Source: Pristiophorus japonicus
Lineage: Eukaryota
Assembly: GCF_044704955.1 (NCBI RefSeq)
Contig: NC_091991.1
Location: 140,616,001 to 140,680,000 of the forward strand
Direction of reading: 5' to 3'
DNA: 64,000 bases
Made by a program: the position numbers and the translations under genes. This document shows positions 26,301 to 41,416 of this stretch, one piece after another (the stretch's first letter is position 1; every line of letters starts with the position of its first letter). The notes beneath the pieces are model-generated. The model made no database searches and had not been told where the DNA came from. It saw only the letters and a list, made by a program, of their open reading frames with translations.

Positions 26301-29300
26301 CCGCCATTCAATAAGATCATGGCTGATCTGGTCATGGACTCAGCTCCACTTACCCGCCCTCTCTCTGTAACCCTTAATTCCCTTATTGCTTAAAAATATA
26401 TCTATCTTTGACTTGAAAACATTCAATGAGCTAGCCTCAACTGCTTCCTTGGGCAGAGAATTCCACAGATTCATAACCCTCTGGGAGAAGAAATTCTTTC
26501 TCAACTCGGTTTTAAATTGGCTCCTCCGTATTTTGAGGCTGTGCCCCCTAGTTCGAGTCTCCCCTACCAATGGAAACAACCTCTCTGCCTCTATCCTGTC
26601 CATCCCTTTCATGATTTTAAATGTTTCTATAAGATCACCCCTCATCCTTCTGAACTCCAAGGAGTAAAGACCCAGTCGACTCAATCTATCATAAGTTAAC
26701 CCCCTCATTTCTGGAATCAGCCTAGTGAAACGTCTCTGTACCCCTTCTAAAGCTAGTATATCCTTCCTTAAGTAAGGTGACCAAAACTGCACGCAGTACT
26801 CCAGGTGCAGCCTTACCAATACCTTATACAGTTGCAGCAACACCTCCCTGCTTTTGTACTCCATCCCTTTCGCAATGAAGGCCAATATTCCATTTGCCTT
26901 CCTGATTACCTGCTACACCTGCAAACTAACCTTTTGGGATTCATGTACAAGGATCCCCAGGTCCCTCTGCACCACAGCATGTTGTAATTTCTCCCCATTC
27001 AAATAATATTCCCTTTTACTGTTCCCCCCCCCCCCCCCCCCGCCAAGGTGGATGACCTCATACTTTCCGACATTGTATTCCATCTGCCAAACCTTAGCCC
27101 ATTCGCTTAACCTATCCAAATCTCCTTGCAGCCTCTGAGTCCTCTACACAACCTGCTTTCCCAATAATCTTAGTGTCATCTGCAAATTTTGTTGCACTAC
27201 ACTCTGTCCCCTCTTCTAGGTCATCTATGTATATTGTAAACAGTTGTGGTCCCAGCACCGATCCCTGTGGCACACCACTAACCACTGATTTCCAACTGGA
27301 AAAGGACCCATTTATCCCGTCTCTTTGCTTTCTGTTCGCCAGCCAATTCTCTATCCATGCTAATATATTTCCTCTGACTCTGCGTACCTTTTATCTTCTG
27401 CAGTAACCTTTTGTGTGGCACCTTATCGAATGCCTTTTGGAAATCTAAAAATACACCACATCCATCGGTACACCTCTATCCACCATGCTCGTTATATCCT
27501 CAAAGAATTCCAGTAAGTTAGTTAAACATGATTTCCCTTTCATGAATCCATGCTGCGTCTGCTTGATTGCACTATTCCTATCTAGATGTCCCGCTATTTC
27601 TTCCTTAATGATAGTTTCAAGCATTTTCCCCACTACAGATGTTAAACTAACCAGCCTATAGTTACCTGCCTTAGGCCTGCCCCCTTTTTTAAACAGAGGC
27701 GTTACATTAGCTGCTTTCCAATCCGCTGGTACCTCCCCAGAGTCCAGAGAATTTTGGTAGATTATAACAAAATGCATCTGCTATAACTTCCGCCATCTCT
27801 TAATACCCTGGGATGCATTTCATCAGGACCAGGGGACTTGTCTACCTTCAGTCCCATTAGCCTGTCCAGCATTACCCCCCTAGTGATAGTAATTGTCTCA
27901 AGGTCCTCCCTTCCCACATTCCTGTGACCTTCAAATTTTGGCATGGTTTTTGTGTCTTCCACTGTGAAGACGGAAGCAAAATAATTGTTTAAGGTCTCAG
28001 CCATTTCCACATTTTCCATTATTAAATCCCCCTTTTCATCTTCTAAGGGACCAACATTTACTTTAGTCACTCTTTTCCGTTTTATATATCTGTAAAAGCT
28101 TTTACTATCTGTTTTTATGTTTTGCGCAAGTTTACCTTCGTAATCTATCTTCCCTTTCTTTATTGCTTTTTTAGTCATTCTTTGCTGTTGCTTAAAATTT
28201 TCCCAATCCTCTAGTTTCCCACTAACCTTGGCCACCTTATACACATTGGTCTTTGATTTGATACTTTCCTTTATTTCCTTGGTTATCCATGGCTGGTTAT
28301 CCCTTCTCTTGCCGCCCTTCTTTTTCACTGGAATATATTTTTGTTGCGCACTATGAAAGAGCTCCTTAAAAGTCCTCCACTGTTCCTCAATTGTGCCACC
28401 ATTTAGTCCTTGTTTCCAGTCTACTTTAGCCAACTCTGCCCTCATCCCACTGTAGTCCCTTTTGTTTAAGCATAGTACGCTCGTTTCTGACACAACTTCC
28501 TCATCCTCAATCTGTATTACAAATTCAACCATATTGTGATCACTCATTCCGAGAGGATCTTTTACGAGGAGATCGTTTATGTTTCCTGTCTCATTACACA
28601 GGACCAGATCTAAGATGGCTTGCTCCCTTGTAGGTTCTGTTACATACTGTTCTAAGAAACAATCTCGTATACATTCTATGAATTCCTCCTCCAGGCTACC
28701 CCGTGCGATTTGATTTGACCAATCGATATTTAGGTTAAAATCCCCCATGATTACTGCCGTTCCTTTTTCACATGCCTCCATTATTCCCTTGATTATTGCC
28801 CGCCCCACCGTGAAGTTATTATTTGGGGGCCGATAAACTACGCCGACCAGTGACTTTTTCCCCTTACTATCTCTAATCTCCACCCACAAGGATTCAACAT
28901 TTTGTTCATTGGAGCCAATATCATCCCTCACAACTGCCCTGATATCATCTTTTATTAACAGAGCTACCCCACCTCCTTTCCCTTCTTGCCTATCTTTCTG
29001 AATCGTCAGATACCCCTGTATGTTTAATTCCCAGTCTTGGCCACCTTGCAACCATGTTTCTGTAATGTCCACCAAATCATACCCATTTGTAATGATTTGT
29101 GCCGTCAACTCATTTACTTTAATTCGAATGCTGCGTGCATTAAGGTAGAGTGTTTTCATCCTAGTTTTTAAACCATGATTTTTAGTTTTGACCCCTCCTG
29201 CAGCCCTTTTATATTCAGTGGCCCTTTTTGTTTCTTGCCTTTGGTTTCTCCGCCCTCCACTTTTACTCATCTCTTTTCTGTCTTTTGTTTTTGTCTCCTT

Positions 29301-30731
29301 TTTGTTTCCCTCTGTCTCCCTGTATTGGTTCCCATCCCCCTGCCATATTAGTTTAACTCCTCACCAACAGCACTAGCAAACACTCCCCCTCGGACATTGG
29401 TTCCGGTCCTGCCCAGGTGCAGACCGTCAGGTTTGTACTGGTCCCACCTCCCCCAGAACCTGTTCCAATGCCCCACGAATTTGAAGCATGAGGCAGTTAT
29501 ACACGTCACAGCCTGCCAGACTAGTATCTGCACACCTCTTCAAAAACAAACTTTCAACGACTATAGCAAAGTCATTTGCGATTTCACTCTTATGTCAAGA
29601 AAGGTTTGATCCTCGGATTGATGCCTGACCCTAATCATTTTATCAAACAGACGACAACATTTTGCATTTTCTAGTATTTATTTTCAGGCCCTTACCGTTT
29701 GTCTGTGGGAGTCACAGTGCCATTAGTTGCTGTACTGTCAGCTGCCTGGATGGATGTGGACTCTGCTTCCTGCGAGATAAAACAGTAAGTTTACTCATTA
29801 ATCAGATTCACACACACAAAATTTTACATCGAGTTAGAGATTCAAAACCAGTGATAGACTGATTATAAATACTAGCCCAGAAGCTGTGACATTTGCCAGC
29901 TCCTGTAACGACCAGAGTTGCTACACAAGGCGGCTGCAAGACTTGCATGCTCCAACTTTCCCACTCTGAGTTTAACAATTTTGGAACAAAACTATATCCT
30001 AAGTAAAGGGGATGGGAAAAGAGCAGACAGATCACGAAGATATGCTGGATCAGAATTCAATAGGTTTTTGTGCCTGTTCTGGTCAATCACTAAATAATGT
30101 ATTGCAGGCTAACCTTTCTGTGAAACCACCTTCTCACAAGTACACAAAATCCAGAACAAAATGTATGTGCATTGACTGCTATTACAGCATGATTTTTGAT
30201 AGTGTATACATTAGTTCCAGTGCCAAAAGGATTATTGCAGTTTGAAACTAGTGCCTAGCTTCCCACTTTAAAAAAAGTCAACAATTAATTCTTCTATAAA
30301 AGTACATTGTGCTCGCTAACAGTAATGATTCATCCTCTTGTATTACAGCATAATTGCTAGTCAAATTAATAAAGCAAGTTGTAGACCTGGTTTATTCCAA
30401 GAATCAATAGAAATTCAAATAAAATCCACTGTATATATAAAAATGTCTCTATTACTGTTACAAGGTCCATTTGTTATTTGTATTTTTTCTCATATAAATG
30501 GAGTCACTGCTCCATTCCCCAGTCTAGAGGTTCAGGTAGGACATCCGATTCCCAGACCTCTGTCACGGCCATTTTGAGTTGGCTGCTAGAAAGCACAAAG
30601 ATTGCACTATGTAGAAGCGTTTGAATTCTACTGGATGTATTCCCATAAAATAGCACAAGTGAGAAGCATTTACCATAGCAACAGACATTTTGTTTTCGTG
30701 CAGCCGATGCCCAGACAGAAACAACAGGAAA

Positions 30732-30819
<88 letters not shown>

Positions 30820-33800
30820 GGTGGGGGGGGTCCTTTCAGGTGTAGTTAGGTGCAGGGACCGGGAGGGAGGAGGCCGTTCGGCGTTGGATAGGGGTGGGGG
30901 AGCGGACCGGACCGGGAGGCCACTCTGTCTGGGCTAGGGGCAGGAGAGCGGACCCGGTAAGCCCTTCGGCCAGGGCTAGGGGCAGGCGAGCGGTCTGGCA
31001 AGGCACTCGGGGCCAGCGTCGGGCGGGGGAGCAGACCACCAAGCTCTTCGGCCAGGGTTAGTTAGGGGACCTGGACTGGCAAGGCACTCGGGGGCAGGGG
31101 GCTGGACCTGGACCAGCACTGGCAAGGGGCTCAGGAAGCGGGGTAGCGGGACCGGCTTTAATAATTGGAGGTAAGTTGCTGCAACATATTTTAATGTGTT
31201 TTTAAGTTGATGCAACGCGTTTTAATGTATTGGGAGCTAGCTGTATGTTTCACTTTGCACTGAAGAAATTGCTCAAACTTAGGTAGATAAATCACTATGA
31301 TGCAAATTGCTAGATCCAAAGATCGTGAAAGATCCAAATTAAGTAGCAGAGGCTAGGCTAAGATTTTTCCAAAAATTCTAATGGAAAGGAAAATAGTACC
31401 AGAAGACTGCAAGATGGCAAATGTGACATCCCTCTTCAGAAAAGATGGGGATGTGTCTGGAAATTATAGGCCAGTTAGTCTTACTTTGGTCGGTGATAAA
31501 CGACTTGTTTATAAATATGGGATGAAATTACTAAGCACTTGGAGAAACAGGAGCTAGATTAAAGCCAGACAAGCTGGATTTCAGAAGGCAGGCTGTACTT
31601 GATTAATCCAAAAGCATTTTGAAGAAATAACAGATGATGAAAGAAATGCAGTGGATGTACTTTATATGTACTTTCAAAAATTGTTTGGTAAGGCACCACA
31701 CTTACGGCAAAGAGAATGGCATATTATGGGGAATGTGGCCACATGGAAAGAGATTGCTGGAGGAGAAAATGCATTGCACAATAGCAAAAGGAGGTTTCTC
31801 AGACTGGAAAGATTTGCAAGTGGTGTTTCACAGGGATCTATTTTGGGTCACTCTTATTTATTGTATACACATAAATTGATATGGATTCAGGAAATGAGGC
31901 AACAGTGTCAAATTTATTGATGACACCAAATTGTGAAGATTATTGCGTTGAAAAAAGGGACAGTACTGACAGATGCAGTTCAAATGTAGAAAAATATTAA
32001 ATAATTGTGGAAGAATAGGGAAGTAAATACGCCTTAAATGTAAGATTTTAAATGGAGTAAAGGAGCAAAGCACTTTGGTAATACATTAAAAGTTGACAGC
32101 CAAGTAGATAAGGCCATAAATAAAGCAAACAGAATCTTTGGTTTTGTATCCAGAGGAACAGAATACAAGAATAAAGAGGTTATATAGAACTTGTACAAGA
32201 CCTTAGTTAGGGCACATTGGAGCATTGTGTGGAATCTTGGGTACCACATTATAGGAAGGAAAGAACAAGGAGAAATGTTCAGTGTAGATTCGCTAGAATG
32301 TTCCGAGAGGTTTATACTTATGCAGAGATTTGAGGAATTAAGGCTATTTTCACTTGAGCTGAGCAGGTTTAAGGCATAACTTTTATCATAAGAATTTATG
32401 GGAAACTTAGAAAAAGTTCTTTACACAATGTGGAATTCCCAAACTGTTAAAATCCATCATTTCTTCTGAAGGGCAAATAGCTGCTTGAAAAGGATTATTA
32501 AAGGGTATGGAAGCGAGCAGGAGAATGAGATTAAACTAGGTAGCTCATGTGGAAAAAAACACCAGCAAATGGTCCGTTTCTGTGATTCCATTTGGAAGAG
32601 TGAACAAGAGTTCATTCTAGCCTTTTATCCCAAAGGACAATTAGAAATGGAAAATAAATTGCATATTACCCACCTCTTCTGCTGTAGTCTTTAGTTTTTG
32701 AATAATGGCAGAACACGACCCCGACTGTTAATGAATAAAAATGGAGCCAATTACTTTTTGCACCTTGGAAAGTAAGTCTACAGAAAGAAAGTGACCTCAT
32801 TTGGTGCTAAGTACTTTAAAATTCAACAGGCATTTAGTAGATACAGAATGATTAAAACATACAGCTTCATCTGGGTAATATTTCATGTCTCCGTATGTTA
32901 TGTTGATAACCCAATTGTTTAGGAGTTAGTAAAGATGTATTAGATTGTTAAGGTGAACATTTCTGTAGAAAATAGATTTTAATCCCGGTAAAACTAGTGG
33001 GAATAATATCTGAACATAAACATACGCATGTATTACAGGACAACAGCTACTTGTAACCATTAGAAACAATGAAAATATATTTTACCACCACTATCTCATA
33101 CACTCCTCCCCCCCAAATGAAATGTATTCTAATTGCAGATTTACAAAGTTCAAGATTCTTTGTTGCCCAGCCACTCTGATGTTTACACTAAGTAGAGAGG
33201 ACCCAATAGCTTGGATCACACAACCCCCGTCAATTTAATCTCATCCACGTTAAGATTACATAGTTGCTCTGGAGGAATTCTCATGTGACTGATTGCAGTG
33301 AAATAGCACAACATTAAAAACAGTAGGAATTCAAACTAAAGTCACTTATATTAGCCTCAATATTAAAAAAAAGGGAGCACCGTTAAGGCTAATATACATA
33401 TAGGCGAGGGTTCCGACCTCAAAATAGAGAATTGGGACAAACTAACAACTACAGCTTAAAATGGGGCTTTTAAACAATTGTCCCCCAACAAAATTTGATG
33501 AACTTCATTCAACACTCAGATTTACATCTGCTTAAATTAATGATCACAACTTAAATGTTGTGATCATTAATTTAAGAAGGCCTCGACAGGCCGAATGGCC
33601 TCCTTCCGTGCTGTAACCATTCTATGAACTTGCGTGTTAAGAATTGCTTTGAATTTTTGAAGTCTACAGCAGTCCCAGTTTTAATGCAAAAAACAAAATA
33701 AAATATTCACTGAATTCCACTAGGTGACTGACATTTATTTTACAATTAGTGAAGTTAACATATAAATGTTTAAAACTATTTCACTACATTCTTCAGTGTG

Positions 33801-36800
33801 TTTATAAATCAAATGTTAATATATTTATCTTAAATGGGCTATGCCAGTTTCAAAGTCATACGCAAAAAAATATAGCACAAATGTGTTCAGCATTCGCATG
33901 TGAACTTCACCGATTGGAAAAATATACCCGTATGAATGTTGCACAAGCCGCAATATTAAAAATATTGCATTTTTCCAAGTCACAGACTATTTAAATTATT
34001 GCTAATTCTCACCGAGTTATTTTATCGAATGTCAGTGGTAACATATTCATGCCATTCCACTTGTTCTTCCTAATAATTTGATTTGGCAGTTGGTGAGGTG
34101 GACACACAAGGAGGTTTCAGTTCTTTAAATACAAAAACACTTTAAGCACTTTCCTTACCTTTAAGCAAAATTGTTTTTGCAGACTACAAAGTAGACCCCC
34201 ATTCTATATTCAAAAATACAGTCCAGATGGGCCTCTCCAGTTGAAGATTTGGCTTTTTTAAAAATAATTTTTGCAACCAATATTTATATCTTTGAATATA
34301 AAGATTGGGAAGGGGAGAATATTTAATATATTGAACTGTCATTGTAATTTAAGCATGTGCGCGCTATGCCCAATACTGACTTTTGTCCCCACACACAGAT
34401 TGAGCTGTTGCTTTGTTTTATGGGCAGTACTTCCCCACAGCAAATGTGTAAAAACACACACACATTGAGCAGACATCTGTTGACAACTACTGTGCACTTC
34501 AGATTTAGAGCCAGAGAGCAGGCTGCTTACTCGAGTTCTCCACCAAAGGTGGTGGTGTAAGGAAACCAGGAACAAAAGGGAAAAAATAACGGGAGGAGTC
34601 TCAACCTTTAAAAAAAAGTTAGGCAAACTGAGTAACTAATGTGGTAGTTGTAATGTACGCACCTGAGAGTAGGCTCGCAGGTACTAAAATAGTTGTAGAG
34701 CTGTTGAGTTGGGAGTGGCTTAGCCAGTCATGTGATGTCCACAAGACTCATAAAACCCCAGCCAGTTGGGTTCAGGGGATCCACGATGAGGCATGCGGCT
34801 GAGAGCCTGGTGGATGAACTGGTAATGTGTAATGTGATTGTTAAACCTTTGCTAATAAACCAACTAGTTCTTAATAGCAATGTGTTGCTATGAATTCTTA
34901 AGCAAAGAACCCATGAAACAAATACATTACAGTAGTGTTTTGAGTTACAAGGCCAGCATGATTCTTGCAATACACAGTTATCACAACTATTGTCACCAAG
35001 TAATTGGAGGATGAAGTCAAAGAGACTGATCGATACACATTTTTGTAATACAAATTTCTCAAACCCACATATAAAAAGTTACGAGAGATTTTTAACAAAC
35101 CTTCAGCAGCATCTGCTTTAGGTGATTTTTTTTGTTTTGGTTTATTCAGATTTCACTTTTAGCAGAAAAATACCTGAAAAAATTCAAGTGCAGTCTGCAT
35201 CAAAAATTCGAGTCTTCGTTCTTATTTAATTTTCCCTAGTCCTACTAAAGTAGCCACTTAAATTTTTACAATTTTAACTTACTAGTTACTTTAAGCAATG
35301 TTAGAACAGTAGCAAGTATCAAATTCGGAGGTTAAAGCCCACTTCAAAAGGGAGTCTATTTTAACACATTTTAAAGAGAGTGCAATATTTTTTTTAAATG
35401 TAAGTGAACTTTTTAAACCAGGTATTCGTACACTTATTTTTTTTTTTAATTAGTGTCGATACTTTATTCAAATATCAGGATATTTAAATGAGAGAGAAGC
35501 AGGAATTAATTGACCAATATTTTATGGTCCAATAATAGGTCAATCTAGTCACTTCCTGCCACAGTGGGACAGTAGATTCAGTTCCTATTGTTACTTGACC
35601 TTAGCTATATGCAGTTAAGTAAGATGCTTCATGGTAGTGTATCCTAAATTGAGGAAACACATTTGTAGACCAACTTGCCCATGCAGAAATTGCACCCTCA
35701 GTTGGCTGCACACACTGGCAATCACCAAAGAGGGAAAACACACAGAAGCAACATGGAAAGGTAAAGCAGCATAAATAAATAAGAAAGGAGACCAAAGCTT
35801 TCCGCTATCTAGCGTTCAGCTTATTACTGGAAAAAAACTACACTACTAGACTGCACACTAAATGCACTATCTTACCTTCTCAGACTGACTGAGCAGAAAG
35901 TGATGGAAGTGAGGGTCGTCCTTTACTTGCTGCAATTAGAAAAACCAAATCTGAGCACAGTGAGTAATAGTAATCATACTCGGATCCTGTAACTGAAGAT
36001 TTCCATTTGTGATTTGAGTGAGAATAGCACCAGCCATTCCCTCCCTAATGATCTAGAGGTTTATCAATTGAAATCTAGTCGACAGAAAACAGTAGCTTTG
36101 CAGAGATTTGGCATTTTGGAAAGGGAGAAAAGAAATTCAGCACTTTCTGCATCATTCATCAGTCCCATCTTTTGTGCAGAATGATTCCAGCAGATCACCA
36201 GTTTCCACTGCCATAACCAGGGCTCGCCAATCAATAATAGTGCCCACCATTTTCCCATGCACATAAATTATGCATTGTGTGTGTTATGGGTAACACAATT
36301 ACTGTAAAGCTGCACAAAACCACAATTGGAAGTGTCACTTACCAAGTGACACATATCCAAGGGGAAAATGCACCAAAAATTACCACCATTGGTGGCTGTG
36401 CCTTCAGCTGCCAAGGCCCTAAGCTCTGTAACTCCCTACCTAAACCCCTCTTTCCTCCTTCAAGACACTCCTCAAAACCTACCTCTTTGACTAAGTTTTT
36501 GATCATCTGCCCGAATATCTCCTTGTGACTCAGTGTCAAATTTTGTATTGTAACACTCCTGTGAAGTGCCTTGGGATGTTTTACTATGTTAAAGATACTA
36601 TATAAATACAAGTTGTTGTTATAATTTCTCCACTTTAGAATTTCAAAACTTGTGTTGCTTCAGTACTTGAATTTGCACATGGTTCCCCCTTCCCCCCCAT
36701 TAAATCTACGCTGTCACCCGTTAAATTTGCAGTGAGCATGGCATCATGGGCCAGTGGGGTCGCGGACGTTCTACTTTAAACAGCGCAAATTGTTATGGTC

Positions 36801-39800
36801 ACTAATCTCCCAGTGAATCAGATTGCGTAATACACCAACTCAACAAACCTCAACTCATCCATGTTCTCTAGTCAAAGTAATTTCCCAAAACAAATGTCCC
36901 TCATTACTCAGTAAAAATCACTTCAGCTGACTTTTCAAATCCAAGCTATACACTATTCCCCAACAAGAGCATAGGACAGATGACCTACTTTTCAGCCTCT
37001 GCCAACACTATTATAATCAACTGGGACCAACAATTTTGTCTCTTAGGTTGCGAACAGAGATTAAAAAAAAAGAGAGACAGAGTTAGTCAGATTTTTAAAC
37101 AGAAATCTGCGAGGGCAAGCTCTCTCTAAGTTCAGAAAGTTAAAATGGAGAATATTTAGAATTGAATGTTTAAATCAAGTACGGTGACCTGCTGATGTGG
37201 AGTAGAGAAGCATGTTCATTATATTGTATTATTACGCAAAGTCGAATTGAACCGATTGAATTAATTGAGTCCAATCACAGTTGTTGCTGTGCAAGTTCAC
37301 TTACTGAGAAATAAAACAGCTAATGATCTGTTTCTGGCTTTGGCTCACCAAGTGTTTTCTGGATCTGCTTTCAAAAGAGATTAAAGAAGCACATGTGCAA
37401 AAAAAACATCCAGTTCAAATTACACGGGGATACTATTGTTACACCTCTAGAGTACAGTATTGTATACACCCCTAAATACAAGATGCTTAGACTGCTTACG
37501 GGAGTGACTAGCGCTACTGTCAGAGAGAATATCCAAGGCAAGATTCTAAATTTGAAGCACTTTGTATACAAGATTTGAAATTACTATGCAAGCAATTTTG
37601 TACACATACGAGGAATTGCATATGTAAGGAATTTTGGGCAAAAACTAATATCTTGCCACTCTGCAGCACCTTGCATCGACACAGCCATTGTTAAAGCTGA
37701 ATTCTCTTTTCATTACATTGCTTCTCTTCACAAAGGCACACAAAGCACCATTTCTAACTTGAGTAATGCAGCTGACGTGTTCATTTGTTGCAGTAGTGAC
37801 TCAAACACTGCAACAAGTGTTCATCCCACCCAGAGGTTAGGAGTAAAAAAAACCCTTGGCTGAATTTAACATTCTATGCATGTTCCAATTGGTACCATAC
37901 TTATTACACTATAATAGTTTATAAATTATTTAAGCTAACACTACAGGCTTCAGCATCAAACAGAAGATGAAATTGGTTAAGTAGGTGCAACTTGGAAAGC
38001 CAAATTGCCCGAGTATAAAAAAATACTATACTTTTCCAAGTTGTCTCTTCAATAGTGCTGTAAATTCAACCATTGTTTTCTTGGAAATTAAAATGGTTTT
38101 TCAACTCTTGAAAGATTGGAGTACGTTTTTTCTTTCTTTTCCTGACCTTTCCAGCTTCCAGATCAGCCCTATTTTGTACTCTACTTGATCTGTTTAATTC
38201 TCCTTTTAAATTCTCTATTTTAATATAAAAGCTGGTGCACTCTTTTCAAACTCAAGGCTATTGAAAGTAGTAGAAAATTATAATATGAAATACAAGACAA
38301 GTAATTAAAGTCAGAGTGGAAGTTTATCAAAATAACATTTACTGTTGAATATACGCGCCCTTTTAGAAACACACCGTGGTTTAGTGCTGTTACAAAATGA
38401 CTGGCCCTCAAAATAAAAAGCCAAATGAGTTATACTACAGATTAGCATTGTGATTGCTTTCAACTCCCAACAGGAGAGACTGTTTTATAATTAGAGATTG
38501 CAAGGAATGCAGATTTAAAACCATTCTTGATTACGGTAATCTTTTTTAACCTAAACTGTAAAGCTGCTCTAATCTTACATATCAAAGCTCAAACAAAAAC
38601 AGCAGGGAATTGAAGCTGCTAATGTCAGAAAGCAAACCTTGTGGCACGTTTCATTTTTAAACCTATTCTTTTATATTGCCAGTGAATCGGGGAAATGCAG
38701 AATAGCCATATTAGTGGACAAAAGAAAAATAGGTGTAAAACGATGTACATATTTTTCTCTACACATGTAGAAATACTTATTGTAAACCTTTGAAGACCAA
38801 TTCAGCAGAGTGTGCCAGGAATACTAGTCTTTGGGAGCCATACATAGATAATGCAAGTGCAACTTTCTAGAGGGAGTCATAAACATTGCGTACATACTAT
38901 CTACTGCGTAAAAGTACAGAGTTACTATACAATTTTTTCTCCTGATTGAGATCAAATAACAAATCACAAGTGGATAGTAATGGTATTCCACGGTTACCAG
39001 TTGAGTGTTCTATGTCAATCTCAAACTTTCAGAAACAGAAACACAGACATCCAACTCCAATGTTCCCTAGATTTATTGCTATAACTCCAGCTGTCTCCAA
39101 CACGATTGCACAGGATTTTGGCAGTCCTCCAGTACACCCAACTAGAGCTGACCAGTATGTCAGTAAAGACCCAAAATGGCACGCCTGTGATTTTAGGAAT
39201 TAAAGAAACTTGTGACTCACCTTCCATTTGTATTCCGCGACTGGACCTGTAATCAACCGCTTCACTGTGGACGGCTCAGGGAACGCGTCCTGAAGTGGGA
39301 GCAAAAAAAATACAAAAATCTTTACATCTTCTAAACAAGCTATATATTACCTTCTATGCAGAGCATTACTGTGCATTTATCATTTCATCTAAGTGATCAG
39401 AAGGTTTAATTCCTCCATGGTAGAAGCTCTAATCTCGACTGGGTCATTGTGATATAGTGGGAGTTATGTGAACCCTAAACATTTCCCTGCAGGGAGGAGA
39501 AAAGCACACATTGTTCTTAGGCTATTCTTGCACACATGCTAGCGACTAGTTTATAGATGCACTGGAGGTGACCGGGAGCAGGTCAATCACAGATCTTGCA
39601 CAGCACAGGGAGGAAATTGAAAGTTTACCCCAAAATAAAAATACACTATTGTGTTTGGACTGTTTCAGTATTCTACCTAAAACCAACCTTTTCTTCCTTT
39701 GGTGGTCGACCCCTTTTCCTTGTATTGTGCTCTGAAATTTCTGCTGTGGAGGAATTTTGTCTTTTATCTTCAGATGAAATGTGTCTGTTTTTATCGTCTA

Positions 39801-41381
39801 ATGAGGTGAGTACAGATACCTAAAAAAGAATGTCAAAAGTAAAGACACTGGTATGCTCTCTCCCAATAATCCAGAAATGTGTTACCTGTTCCTTTAAGTG
39901 AAGTGACGTGACAATTGTTAAATGTTATTTCAATGATTCTATTCTTAACCAATTTAGGCCTAATCCATATTACAATCTAACTTGAAGATACCTCAATGTG
40001 CAGGATGTTTTAAAAATTAATCCAAAGCTCAACTTCGAATTACTGCAGTATTGTTCTACCGCACAAGTGTTAGTATTGGTCACAACAGTTTGAAACTCTT
40101 GATTCAGATTCTCAGTGCAGTGGAACCTTCAACATTGATAAAGTGGAGACCACCAGTAAATAAGATCAACCACATTCTAAGTCTCTTATATTCTTATTAT
40201 CTATTTGAGAGGGGTGGCTGGTTACTTTAAATTTTGTTGAGCAAAGTAGGCAGTTGAGCTGAATGTAGCAGATGATATCCATGGTCTTTCATGCTCCCTC
40301 AGGAGGCAGCATGGAAGTAGGTTTTGATTACGAAGCAAGTAGAAGCCATTAAATACCGACTGCATGCTTTGTCCTGTTAACAGTCAATTTAAAGTAACAG
40401 GCTTGTTAACACGTGTAAATAAATGTGTGTCCAGTATATAGTTCAGGAAATCATCACCCCAATTTGATCAGCTTTGTTTCATAATGAAAGACATCTTTCC
40501 TGTATCTCAAGTTTTGAAATTCAAAAAGGTACGAGGTATACATCAGGCAGTGTGTTTCTAGCTCTTTAGAGTTAAAGGCTGACGTTCTAAGAGTTAGATG
40601 AAATCTTATGTTTTAGGATATGGAGCTTAGTATTAGTAAGAGTTCACTTTTTTTGTATATTCTAGTTGATGGAAATTAAATGATCTATTGTCAAGTGAAA
40701 TCTGCTGCATTGATGTCCTGCTACTTCTTACTGCACTATAAAAAACTTGATTAATAGGTTATAGCCCAAGTTGTAGTATGTATAGAGCATTTATTCTTCT
40801 CCAACCAAGACTCATGTGAAACTATCAAATTATAGGTGACGTGATTCAATTCAATGCCTTGGCAACACAACATCAGATATTGTGTATATAAAGTCACACA
40901 ATCTGATCCATAGCGGTGCAAGGGCTTGCTTATGCTCTGTGGTGCTGGGCACAAGGGAAATATCTGGTAAAACCTTAATAAGAAAAGAACTTCCACCTCT
41001 CATCTCTAATATTGATACTAAGAGAAGGAAGAAAATAAATCCAAACACCTGTACTAAGGAAACAGAAAAACCTCAGCTGTAAGAACCCAACTGAAAATGG
41101 CTAAGCAGAGCAGGAAAAGTAATTATTTGTAACTGAAAAGTAAAGAAAAAAGGGAGCCAGAACTTTTATCCCATTGTTAAGGCCTGCACATGATTACAGA
41201 GGTGAAAAGCTAAAGCCATCCACCTGCAGTTTTTAAAAAGTACATTGCATTTTATTTAAAAACAGAGTAAATAGGCAGTTGAAGTTAAAATAGTTAATAG
41301 ATAAAACATGTTGGATATTCAAAATTACAGGAAGATGTGCATCAGAATCTGCCAAAACCATGTGATCTGACACAAACAAGT

Positions 41382-41416
<35 letters not shown>

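Noticed and set aside
27024-27041. Poly-C tract encoding poly-Gly in CR1 ORF2; also the G-runs at ~2475 and ~18322
   Set aside because: Homopolymer slippage or sequencing noise; the sibling copy at ~53040 has an ordinary T/C run
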